Virus record (IMG/VR): IMGVR_UViG_3300028920_000023
DNA length: 64,000 nt
Reading direction: 5' to 3' (one strand)
From: a virus
Lineage: Duplodnaviria; Caudoviricetes
Below are positions 8,134 through 17,007 of the stretch, in pieces; the stretch's first letter is position 1, and every line of letters begins with the position of its first letter. Position numbers and translations under genes: made by a program. The notes below the pieces were generated by a model. It searched no databases. It worked only from the letters and a program-made list of their open reading frames with translations, and was not told where the DNA came from.

Positions 8134-10272
8134 TCACTTACCAAATATAAAGATCGGTTCGAACGTCCTTTCTCGGCCCATAAAGCTAGCTGTCTTCATA
8201 TCCACGGTCTTGATTAGTCTCCTCTTATTATTCCTGGCTATCTTCATACAAAGATCGGAATGTCTGCGTGGGACATTTAAGGCAACCAAACCCTCGAAGG
8301 ACATAATATTCTCATATATTCCCTCAGAAGATACACACTGGGAATCAAGACCACAATAGAATTCGGTGTCATCATAAGGAGGACTAGTAAATAACAAATC
8401 ACCTTTCACGAGACTCAATTTGGAACTGTCGCCGTGAATAAATTCAGGATTATGCTTAACTCTACAACCAACAAACTTCCTCATGTCTCGATGAGAATCA
8501 ACACACAATGGATTCAGGTCATATCCAACATATCTATAATCACTGTCCATAGTAGCTAAAAATCTGCCGCCCCAGCCCATACAAGGATCAACAATAACTC
8601 CACCATTAGGTAAAAACTCCTCGTATATATTACGGGCAACCCAAGGTTTGAACACAGATACGCTAGTAAAATCTTTAAAATACTTCGCAATGTACGAAAC
8701 TAAACCGTGGATATTCACCTCGCGGTCTCTATTCCATAAATTATTCAAAGCTTTTCGTAAAACAGATGTATTCCCAGCTTCCCACACTGAAGAAACTGGC
8801 AAGTAGTCTTTGTGATGAGAACTCCAAAAATGTTGTGAGAAATGTTTTATGAAATCCACAACCGGTTTATTGGGATAATTAGCATTTAGACTCCACCCGT
8901 TCTTCGCCTTATAAGCCTTACATCCCTTAATAGCTCTAGTCAGTACACCTTTGCGGAACTTAACACCTTTAAAACCATAATCTAACAACCAGTCACAACA
9001 AGCGTCAGGATCATTAAATATCAACTTCCAATTAGGACAATAATAGATATCGATATCTTCTAATTCAAAATCATAAAATTTGCCATTCCAAACTTTGACA
9101 ATGACATCGTTCTTGAAAGCAACCAAATATTGTTTAATAAGCCTAGACCTATCGACACCAGGAATCTCAGATTCCTCTCTAGACTTCACCTCGTAATAAT
9201 CACCGTTGATTAGAAAATCAATAAAACAAACACTACCATCACTCTCGAACTCAGCATTACGCAGAATTTCGCTATCTGGGGAAAGATTCATAGATTTAAG
9301 AAATTTCTTTTCTAATTTGGTATCAAGACGCAGACCCTTAAAATTGAAACTTTGGCTTCTTCTATTCAACAACAATTTGGTATATTCGGCTTTAGATCTT
9401 GCCTTGATACCATGTTTCTTCAAATGGTGAGAAACATTACCAAGCATAGTACCTACTTCATCTGCGATATCGGCCATACTCCTTTGTTTGTTAACGTACT
9501 GGTCAAACAACCAATCCTTATCGTTCAGCTGATAATATTTGGAGGGCCTAATAACCCCGCCTTGTTTCCTAATAGCAAAACCAAAATGCCTCAACCTATT
9601 GAGGACTGCGCTATATGACTTATTGAAATGTTCAGCGATCTTAGAAATAAGCCATCCCCTATCAACATACAATTCTTTCAATTCATCATAAGTAACATCG
9701 AAATTGCCAAAAGCAAATTCGGATTCAACACCAAATCTCTTAGCAGCCATACATACCGTATTAGCACGAACACCCAACTTATTAGCTATCTGTCTAAAAG
9801 AAAACTTTTGAGCCTCCTTAATAAAAGCCGCTTTATCATTCAATAAAGTAGGTCTCTTTGCTTCGTCCATATTCCTGAATTCCATATCTGGATAAGTCTT
9901 CTTTAATTTCCTCTTTAAAGTAGGAATAGCAACATCATAATCTTTTTTAAGGCGATCCAAACTAACGCCAGAATCATATTTGGCCTTTATCTCTTTCAAA
10001 GGAAGCTTCTTAGTAGCCATCTTGGACATATGGCTACTCTTAATATTATTCCTCTTAGCGAAAGCCGAAACACTGCCTACATTACAACCCAAAATCCTGG
10101 AAACCTCGGAAAAAGATTTCCCCTCAACCTCAACCATTTTTCTAATCATGTTAACATCCATAATATGCCTCCTAACGCATGTCTCCTGATCGCACTTATA
10201 TCGCCATATAGAATCGCGTAAATTAATTATGACACGGTATGGTAAAAAGTTAATGTCATAATATCTCAACAA
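8134..10272 (-). CDS. Multi-HTH + PD-(D/E)xK nuclease-like + amino-DNA methyltransferase fusion
   Basis: Several short HTH repeats (SFSEVSRILGC, SFRQIANKLGV, SKIAEHFNKS, SMADIADEVGT); FIDFLINGDYYEVKS; MTase motif I VDPCMGWGGR and motif IV FTSPPY. Confidence 0.75.
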   Translation of the reverse strand: MLRYYDINFLPYRVIINLRDSIWRYKCDQETCVRRHIMDVNMIRKMVEVEGKSFSEVSRILGCNVGSVSAFAKRNNIKSSHMSKMATKKLPLKEIKAKYDSGVSLDRLKKDYDVAIPTLKRKLKKTYPDMEFRNMDEAKRPTLLNDKAAFIKEAQKFSFRQIANKLGVRANTVCMAAKRFGVESEFAFGNFDVTYDELKELYVDRGWLISKIAEHFNKSYSAVLNRLRHFGFAIRKQGGVIRPSKYYQLNDKDWLFDQYVNKQRSMADIADEVGTMLGNVSHHLKKHGIKARSKAEYTKLLLNRRSQSFNFKGLRLDTKLEKKFLKSMNLSPDSEILRNAEFESDGSVCFIDFLINGDYYEVKSREESEIPGVDRSRLIKQYLVAFKNDVIVKVWNGKFYDFELEDIDIYYCPNWKLIFNDPDACCDWLLDYGFKGVKFRKGVLTRAIKGCKAYKAKNGWSLNANYPNKPVVDFIKHFSQHFWSSHHKDYLPVSSVWEAGNTSVLRKALNNLWNRDREVNIHGLVSYIAKYFKDFTSVSVFKPWVARNIYEEFLPNGGVIVDPCMGWGGRFLATMDSDYRYVGYDLNPLCVDSHRDMRKFVGCRVKHNPEFIHGDSSKLSLVKGDLLFTSPPYDDTEFYCGLDSQCVSSEGIYENIMSFEGLVALNVPRRHSDLCMKIARNNKRRLIKTVDMKTASFMGRERTFEPIFIFGK

Positions 10273-11926
10273 AATATTCTGTAGACAATTTATGATGATT
10301 CAAAGGAGAAAGCTCAACAATATCACAATCATATCTATCACGAATCCAATCACGAATATGTCTATCAACATGTAAAACAATCTTACGACCAGTATTACGT
10401 TTAATTAAACCACCAATAAAATTCTCACACCAATCCTCGAATCCTCCGTAATCAACACCATCTAAATAATCTTCCTTGTCATGAAAAGGAGGAGAAGTAA
10501 ACAAAAAATCATAATCAGACCAATCCAGATCTTCCCATCTAGATCCAAATAATGAAAAAGAAAATTTCTTCTTTGAAGACAACCACTCACCTAAATTAGT
10601 AAGATTCTCATAAGTATTAGGGTCAGTACCAACATACTCAATATTACCCAAACAAGAAGCAATTAACCTATTACCCCACCCAGCACAAGGATCAAACCAC
10701 CGACCACGTAAACCAAACTTCTCGATAACAGCCAAAATAACAGGAACACTCAACAAACTAGCCCTACTAAAACCCGCAAATAACAATTCCCTAACAAACC
10801 TAGACGGATACAAGCGCCTATTGGGAATTCCAAAAAAATTCTTACAAGCCCTACTAACCATCTTAGGATATTTAGATAAATTAGCAACAGCAGGACCATT
10901 CCTAGAGACGCACCAAATATTAGGACAAAAATCCAAAACAATATTATTACCATAAGGAAAACTATTAACGATCTTATCATCCCTCAAATAAGAATTCAAA
11001 TCAATCTTATTGAGCTTTTCAAATTCAGCATCAATATCATATCTCGGATTAATCCAGCCGGACTTAACCACGAAACCACAAAACACAGAACGAACAGCCT
11101 CAACCTCCACAATCTCATTCGACTTCATATCGAAAGAAAAATCTTGAATATTACGGAACCTAAACGAACCACAAACAACAAACCTAGACCTCTTTCTAAC
11201 AGAAAAAACACTACAATCAGAATATAACCAATCACCAATCAGTTTAACCTGCCTATTCCCACACCACCTGATAAAACATCTAGAACTACGAACCTTAACC
11301 CCATTCCTAGAAACACCAACATTAAAACAAACAACATCCTCTACAACACTCAACGCACCACCAGAAAACACAACAACGGCACAAACAGAACCATTGCTCT
11401 TAGATCTCAAACAAACACGACCACCACCATCAAATAACCCACGAACAAAATGACGAATCAAATCAGAAGGAACAACATCAAACAACCCAGAACCACCACC
11501 ATCCCTCCACTTCAGCAAACCATGACCAACCAGACAATCAGACATAACAACGCTATTAAAAACAACACCACAAGAACCATTAGAAAAATGAACCTTACCC
11601 TTATACTTAATATCAGAAACGAATCCACGTATAACACACTCATCCCTGACAGGTAAAAAGAAACGAACAGACCTCCTAGAACCAGCAGACTTAGCCAAAC
11701 AACCACGAGAAGCCAGAAAACCTAACCAATAAGCCTTCCTTTCACAATCAATAACATCAAAATAATGATCATCTACATCAACCTTAACGCCAGAAGAAGA
11801 CCCAGAAAGAGACAAAACCCTCATCCTACGTCTGACCGTAGATAAACTAATGCCAAGCTCAGAAGCAATCCTCTTTTGAGAAAACTTCTTCTTATATAAA
11901 CCAACAATAACATCATCTCGATTCAT
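10256..11926 (-). CDS. HTH + degenerate LAGLIDADG + amino-DNA methyltransferase fusion
   Basis: SQKRIASELGIS HTH; KAYWLGFLASRG and HFVRGLFDGGG (LAGLIDADG motifs lacking the catalytic Asp); motif I FDPCAGWGNR and motif IV FTSPPF. Confidence 0.75.
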   Translation of the reverse strand: MNRDDVIVGLYKKKFSQKRIASELGISLSTVRRRMRVLSLSGSSSGVKVDVDDHYFDVIDCERKAYWLGFLASRGCLAKSAGSRRSVRFFLPVRDECVIRGFVSDIKYKGKVHFSNGSCGVVFNSVVMSDCLVGHGLLKWRDGGGSGLFDVVPSDLIRHFVRGLFDGGGRVCLRSKSNGSVCAVVVFSGGALSVVEDVVCFNVGVSRNGVKVRSSRCFIRWCGNRQVKLIGDWLYSDCSVFSVRKRSRFVVCGSFRFRNIQDFSFDMKSNEIVEVEAVRSVFCGFVVKSGWINPRYDIDAEFEKLNKIDLNSYLRDDKIVNSFPYGNNIVLDFCPNIWCVSRNGPAVANLSKYPKMVSRACKNFFGIPNRRLYPSRFVRELLFAGFSRASLLSVPVILAVIEKFGLRGRWFDPCAGWGNRLIASCLGNIEYVGTDPNTYENLTNLGEWLSSKKKFSFSLFGSRWEDLDWSDYDFLFTSPPFHDKEDYLDGVDYGGFEDWCENFIGGLIKRNTGRKIVLHVDRHIRDWIRDRYDCDIVELSPLNHHKLSTEYFVEIL

Positions 11927-12653
11927 AATTATCCCTAATAACAGAAAGAAAAGACAAAAACTCAGAATCAGACCTACGCTTCTTAGCCCTATTCAAGGCT
12001 CTAAGAACCAACCTCACATTACCAATAACATGACCAACATCATTATCAACCCTATCAACAGACAAAGACAAACAAGGATGTCTATAACAACACATCCTAA
12101 TACCAGACAACGTACATCGTCCACCCTGTTTATCAAACAAATCCAATAAAAAATCCGTCGTCAAATCAGAATCCTCACCACGCATAACATTCCTTCTTAA
12201 AGAAGAAACGAAATCTCTAGAAACACAATCATCAGGAACAAACAAATCAGAATTAATCAAACAATCAACCAAAAACAATAAATCCTCAGTAGAACCCGTA
12301 TTACGAGCCAAATTCAAACCCATACAAATTAATTGAATATTACCAATAATATGACCAACATCATTATCAATCCTATCAATAGAAACAGAAAACAAAGAAC
12401 CATCATATACAAGCGGGGTATTAGAGACACAACACCGACCGTTATTCTTATGAAATAATTCTAGAACATATTCTCTATTAATAGAGAAATCTCTGCCTTT
12501 CTTACGATCCTCAAATTTAGCCGTACCAAGACATCTAGTAATATAATTATTCAAAGAAGTTTTATATCTATTAGAATCCCTATAAATCTGAGAAGCATTA
12601 CGCCGTGATCTACTTTTCTTTACATAACGTCTATTTCGTTCTTTCCTGTCCAT
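11913..12653 (-). CDS. Tandem HNH/His-Me finger endonuclease-like protein
   Basis: Two repeats: SIDRIDNDVGHIIGNIQLICMGLNLARN and SVDRVDNDVGHVIGNVRLVLRALNRAKK. Confidence 0.7.
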   Translation of the reverse strand: MDRKERNRRYVKKSRSRRNASQIYRDSNRYKTSLNNYITRCLGTAKFEDRKKGRDFSINREYVLELFHKNNGRCCVSNTPLVYDGSLFSVSIDRIDNDVGHIIGNIQLICMGLNLARNTGSTEDLLFLVDCLINSDLFVPDDCVSRDFVSSLRRNVMRGEDSDLTTDFLLDLFDKQGGRCTLSGIRMCCYRHPCLSLSVDRVDNDVGHVIGNVRLVLRALNRAKKRRSDSEFLSFLSVIRDNYESR

Positions 12654-12663
12654 AACATGTTCC

Positions 12664-12730
12664 TAATAAAAGTATTCATAAACAATAAAAAACAAACAAT
12701 ATCATATTTTTTATTTAATAAAAGTATTCA
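12664..12730. repeat. Perfect 15-bp direct repeat taataaaagtattca (12664..12678, 12716..12730)
   Basis: Read directly; intergenic, just upstream of the HNH/MTase cassette; 52-bp period. Confidence 0.85.
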
Positions 12731-12846
12731 CAGAATCGTAAAAATTGTTCTATTAGCCAATCAAACCAACATCACTAACCCGGTTATATAGACATTAATC
12801 CATCAGACAGACCAATTAAATACAGATGAGCTAAAACCAAATACAA

Positions 12847-12875
12847 AAACGGCCAGGATTTTGTCCTGGCCGTTT
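12847..12875 (-). terminator. Rho-independent terminator after the major capsid gene
   Basis: Perfect 12-bp stem aaacggccagga/tcctggccgttt with 5-nt loop; T-run follows on the minus strand. Confidence 0.85.
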
Positions 12876-12901
12876 CCGTTATCCAAAAAACCTGTAAAAT
12901 A

Positions 12902-14440
12902 TTACAGATTAGAGACAGTGACAGTTCCGTAGTATAAGCCACCATCCTCGATAAGTTTCTTACCGTAACGGGTCATGATGCCCTTATTCGGCGTGAAGCT
13001 ATTCGGGTCAAGAACCGTCGGCGTACTCAGCAGCGGAATATACGGCGCATAGAAATAACCGCTATCCAGCACAGAATTACCCTTGAAGCCCATCAGGATC
13101 TTACAATTCGGGAACAGAGGATCCTTGTACAGACGCAGCTTGCCCTGGATCGTACCCGCAGAAGTGATACCAATATCGATACCATCCTGCGCCAGAGCAT
13201 CACTACCACGGAAATCATTCAGCTGCTCAAACTTGCTGGCGATATCCGCAGACGTCACCATCCAGTTCGCCGGACCACGGAGCGTAGTACGATGAATGAT
13301 GTTCGCAACCTCAAGGACCTTGTACAGCAACGCAATGTTGCGATCCGTGAAGTTAACCGAAGCACCAGCAGCCGTGCCAAAATTATGCGTAGCACGAATA
13401 CTAGAAGCGATAATCAGATCGTTAATAATTTCACGATCGATCTCCGCAACCATCTCATCCGCCATCAGATCCGTCAAGGTGCCCTCAGCGTCGATATTAT
13501 GAACCGACTTAAGGTCCTGAGCAGCTTCCAAAGACCACGTGGTCTTCAACTTTCGAGCCACAGCACTCACCGAATCACTATCAATCGAGAGAGTGATCTC
13601 GGGCTGGAACGGGTTGTTCTCCAAATCGTACTCATAATCCGCTCGGACGATGGCCGTATCCGGAAGAGTACCGCTCGCCAACGTGATCACAACCTCACCA
13701 GTCTGGTGATTGAACGCCGTCGCACCACTAGTCGAAACATCAACCTCGACCGACGGACAATTCGTGTTGTCACCAGCAAACACGTTCTCGACTTCACCGG
13801 TGCTGTCAAAAGTGACCTGCAGACAGGGTTCTGCATCTTCACAATTGTCATCATCTTCGGCGTAGACGTTCACGAGCACCGTGCCGGCGAGAATCGGCTT
13901 ATGAATCAGCGTGCCGCGAATCACCGTACCACCGCTCTCGATATCAAGGCTTTCACCCTTTACCGTCTGAGAGCTGTAGTAAGGATCAAGTGCCCAACCA
14001 TTCTGACGGCTGAACTGCTGCGCCGTATTCTGACGCATGATCTGCGTACCGGCGAGCGTCTGACCCTTATTCAGAGCATAGCGGTACCTGATGTAGAAGA
14101 TCAGGCTTGCGGGGCTGCTCATGGGCTGTACACCGACAAGGTTATCTGCGATCAGTCGCGGATAGCTCTTGCGGATGAGGGGAAGGGCAAACCGGGTAAA
14201 GTCGGCGATGTTGCCGGTGGTGGTCGCTTCTTCCATTATCGGCGTGGAGTTGGCTTGGTAGCCATGCTGGTTTTCCATCATGGCCGCCATGAGGGCGAAC
14301 TTCGCGGGCTTGATTTCGGCACAGCGTTGCAGCACTGGTGCCCATTTTTCGACGAGTTGATTGCGTTTGGCCTCATGGATGAGATGGGCCTGGCGCTGTT
14401 GTCGTTTGCTTTCTATCAGGGTTGGTCTACCCGAACGCAT
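12902..14440 (-). CDS. gp23: Major capsid protein, T4 gp23-like
   Basis: LVGVQPMSSPASLIFYIRY, ARKLKTTWSLEAAQDLKSVHNIDAE and YFYAPYIPL are gp23 signatures. Confidence 0.95.
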   Translation of the reverse strand: MRSGRPTLIESKRQQRQAHLIHEAKRNQLVEKWAPVLQRCAEIKPAKFALMAAMMENQHGYQANSTPIMEEATTTGNIADFTRFALPLIRKSYPRLIADNLVGVQPMSSPASLIFYIRYRYALNKGQTLAGTQIMRQNTAQQFSRQNGWALDPYYSSQTVKGESLDIESGGTVIRGTLIHKPILAGTVLVNVYAEDDDNCEDAEPCLQVTFDSTGEVENVFAGDNTNCPSVEVDVSTSGATAFNHQTGEVVITLASGTLPDTAIVRADYEYDLENNPFQPEITLSIDSDSVSAVARKLKTTWSLEAAQDLKSVHNIDAEGTLTDLMADEMVAEIDREIINDLIIASSIRATHNFGTAAGASVNFTDRNIALLYKVLEVANIIHRTTLRGPANWMVTSADIASKFEQLNDFRGSDALAQDGIDIGITSAGTIQGKLRLYKDPLFPNCKILMGFKGNSVLDSGYFYAPYIPLLSTPTVLDPNSFTPNKGIMTRYGKKLIEDGGLYYGTVTVSNL

Positions 14441-14477
14441 TTCGTTTTCTCCTGCTGTGGTTTGTTTTCCCGAGCTG

Positions 14478-15158
14478 TTACTTCAGGTAAGCTGGACCCG
14501 AATCGATGCTTTTGGCAATTTCGTTAACTTGCGGATCGCTGCTAGTGAAGTTGCTGCTTCTTTTTACAGGAGCTGCCACAGCGTCCTCGTTTACCAATTT
14601 CTTCGTCTTGGGCTTGGACGATTCAGTCTTGACAACCTTTTTCTGGGGTCTTCCGACTGATTCGTTGATCTTGGGCCGTCTTGCCGTAAGCATCTTGTTT
14701 GCTTCGAGCAGTTTCTTTGCAAGGCCGTGACTTCGGCTTACTTTCTGCTCTAGGGCTTTTCTACCTTCCTCAAGTTTAGCAACCTTGAGGCGCAGCTTTT
14801 TGTTTTCCTCCACAGCCTGACCATCTTGGATGTCCAATTCGACGCCTTCGATCAATCGTTTGATGCCGGATAGCGTCTTGGAGTCCTTCGATTCGCCAAT
14901 TGCCGTTTGCTTCTGCGCTTCTCGTGTTACCGAATTAACCCGAGCCTCTAGGAAGATCTCTACCTTCCTAGCCAACTCGGCCTTATATTTCTCAGTACTC
15001 TCGATGCAGACTGCTTTCGCTTTCTGCAATCTATCCTTGAAAGTTTCTTCAAGCCGCTGTTCCTCAGACTTAACATAGCTCTCAACAGCCTCAATAAGAC
15101 CGTCGGCCATTTCCGCAGAACCACCCAGCTGCTTGACCAATTCTCGAATCTTATCCAT
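14478..15158 (-). CDS. Prohead scaffold/core protein (gp22 position)
   Basis: Coiled-coil protein between protease and MCP. Confidence 0.7.
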   Translation of the reverse strand: MDKIRELVKQLGGSAEMADGLIEAVESYVKSEEQRLEETFKDRLQKAKAVCIESTEKYKAELARKVEIFLEARVNSVTREAQKQTAIGESKDSKTLSGIKRLIEGVELDIQDGQAVEENKKLRLKVAKLEEGRKALEQKVSRSHGLAKKLLEANKMLTARRPKINESVGRPQKKVVKTESSKPKTKKLVNEDAVAAPVKRSSNFTSSDPQVNEIAKSIDSGPAYLK

Positions 15159-15187
15159 CGAGATCTCCCTTCAAAAATTAGTTTTGC

Positions 15188-16996
15188 TTAAGAATTAATT
15201 CTTAATTCTTTAAGCACCTCGTTCACCAACGCACACTCACGTAAACGACGCAAATCCCGCTTAGGCTTAGACTTAAGACGAGGACGTCTCCTATTGTCTT
15301 GGGACTCCATAAGACGAAGCTGAGCAGTCAAAACAGAAGGCTCAGCCACAGCATCAAAAGTTATAATCGAATATCCAGGTTGAACCTCATAACACTCCTC
15401 ATCGCCCTCTCTAACAAGGTCCATATCACCAACACCACGAGAGCTGATTCCAACCGGGATCTTCTTCTCAAACATATAAGCCAATTGTGCGCCATGCGGA
15501 GCACGAGCATCATTAAGGATCTCAGATTCACCATATACAGTCTTGCCATCCATCCACAATTTTGTTATTAGATGGCATATCTTATCCAAATGAATCTTCG
15601 AGTCACAATTACCAGTCCAGAACGAACAACCATTCTGCTCCATATAAAAATTGCCATGCTCAGTAGTCAAACACCAAATCTTGCCATCATACTGAGATGA
15701 CCCTATCTGCAAAAAACGATCATCAAGATGGATACCAGTAGTATGAGACAAAGTCAACTGATGAAGTGGCTTCTTATTCTCAGCCTTAATTATATGACCA
15801 GCAAACTCATAATCTTCATTAGTCGCAATCATCGTCCTATAACAACAATGACCAGCTTTGACCCAACACTCATGAAGATCATTAATCAACTTTTCAGACA
15901 CACTAAAAACATTAGAACGACCATGTTTCTGTCTGCCATCACCAAGCTGGAACCAATACACTAACTCCTCAAGATATTTCCCATCCAATTGCTTAACATC
16001 TTCAGGAATAAACTTAGAATACTTATCTCCAAGTTTTTCCAAATAAGTAGCTAATCGTCTATCAAAAGCTCTAAAGCCACGATCAGTCTCTACCCAACTC
16101 TTACCAGGAAGGACCTTCTCAAGAAGACCCCTAATCTGATCCTTGTAATCATCTTTAATCTGACTAATTTCAACCCTATAACTTCTAAGGTTCTTATCCG
16201 TCGCTGTAGAATCCCTATGAACACCACCCTCAGCAAGATACAGGCCAAGAAAAGCTGTAAAGACCTCAGTCGGGATTTGTAGAGGTTCGGACTCGTGTGC
16301 ATTGGGAGAATCTACGCCAGGAATAATGTAAACTTCCTCATCCTTCCCAATCCATTCTGCTGTTCTTGGTATACGATGTTTGTTGTATTGTTTACGGTTT
16401 TTATAGATGTTATCTGCGGTTGTTTCTAGTTGCTCTTGTACGTGATTCCCATCAGAACGAGTTACTGTAAGCACCTTGTGTGGTGCTGTGAATTTGGAAT
16501 CAATATGTCTTCCTTTGAAATGATATACCGTACCACTATAATCTTCGTCAATTACGGCATGTACCTTAGAAGGGATCATCTGTCCATTAACTCTGGAATA
16601 GACATAATCTCCTTCTTTGATATCATTATAGTCTTTCCATCCAGATGTAGTAAGGACACGAATCGGCCCATGATCTAAAGTCAGACATGGATGATCCAAT
16701 TCGCCCAAAACCCTACGCTCATTAACAGGCTTCTGGAGAGACTTCACAGCCTCACGCATAACATCCATAGGATAAATGCGCCCATTCTGATTCTTCTCAT
16801 CAGCAACCTGATAAATCCCCGTCACCTTCATGACGGGGGTCGTCTTAGTCCTGCCATCCACATCCTCTTTGATGGTTCCCTTCTTCATATCAACGATCTC
16901 TAATTTCCTAGCATCGTTGATCATCTTATAACCATTGGGAATTATACCATTACAGGCTAAATCCCGTACCTCGGAGATGGTGTAAAGCTTACGCAT
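15188..16996 (-). CDS. gp21: Prohead protease, T4 gp21-like, with one intein
   Basis: NQNGRIYP, LGELDHP (catalytic His), VGISSRGVG (catalytic Ser). Confidence 0.92.
   Translation of the reverse strand: MRKLYTISEVRDLACNGIIPNGYKMINDARKLEIVDMKKGTIKEDVDGRTKTTPVMKVTGIYQVADEKNQNGRIYPMDVMREAVKSLQKPVNERRVLGELDHPCLTLDHGPIRVLTTSGWKDYNDIKEGDYVYSRVNGQMIPSKVHAVIDEDYSGTVYHFKGRHIDSKFTAPHKVLTVTRSDGNHVQEQLETTADNIYKNRKQYNKHRIPRTAEWIGKDEEVYIIPGVDSPNAHESEPLQIPTEVFTAFLGLYLAEGGVHRDSTATDKNLRSYRVEISQIKDDYKDQIRGLLEKVLPGKSWVETDRGFRAFDRRLATYLEKLGDKYSKFIPEDVKQLDGKYLEELVYWFQLGDGRQKHGRSNVFSVSEKLINDLHECWVKAGHCCYRTMIATNEDYEFAGHIIKAENKKPLHQLTLSHTTGIHLDDRFLQIGSSQYDGKIWCLTTEHGNFYMEQNGCSFWTGNCDSKIHLDKICHLITKLWMDGKTVYGESEILNDARAPHGAQLAYMFEKKIPVGISSRGVGDMDLVREGDEECYEVQPGYSIITFDAVAEPSVLTAQLRLMESQDNRRRPRLKSKPKRDLRRLRECALVNEVLKELRINS
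15608..16687 (-). mobile_element. LAGLIDADG-containing intein (360 aa) in prohead protease
   Basis: DHP|CLTLD...FWTGN|CDSK; FLGLYLAEGG and WFQLGDG endonuclease blocks. Confidence 0.88.
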
Positions 16997-17007
16997 TCTT
17001 GATCTCC

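Noticed and set aside
13292-14527. 411-aa plus-strand ORF antisense to the major capsid gene
   Set aside because: Shadow frame from the biased codon usage of a highly expressed gene; no SD or recognisable domain.
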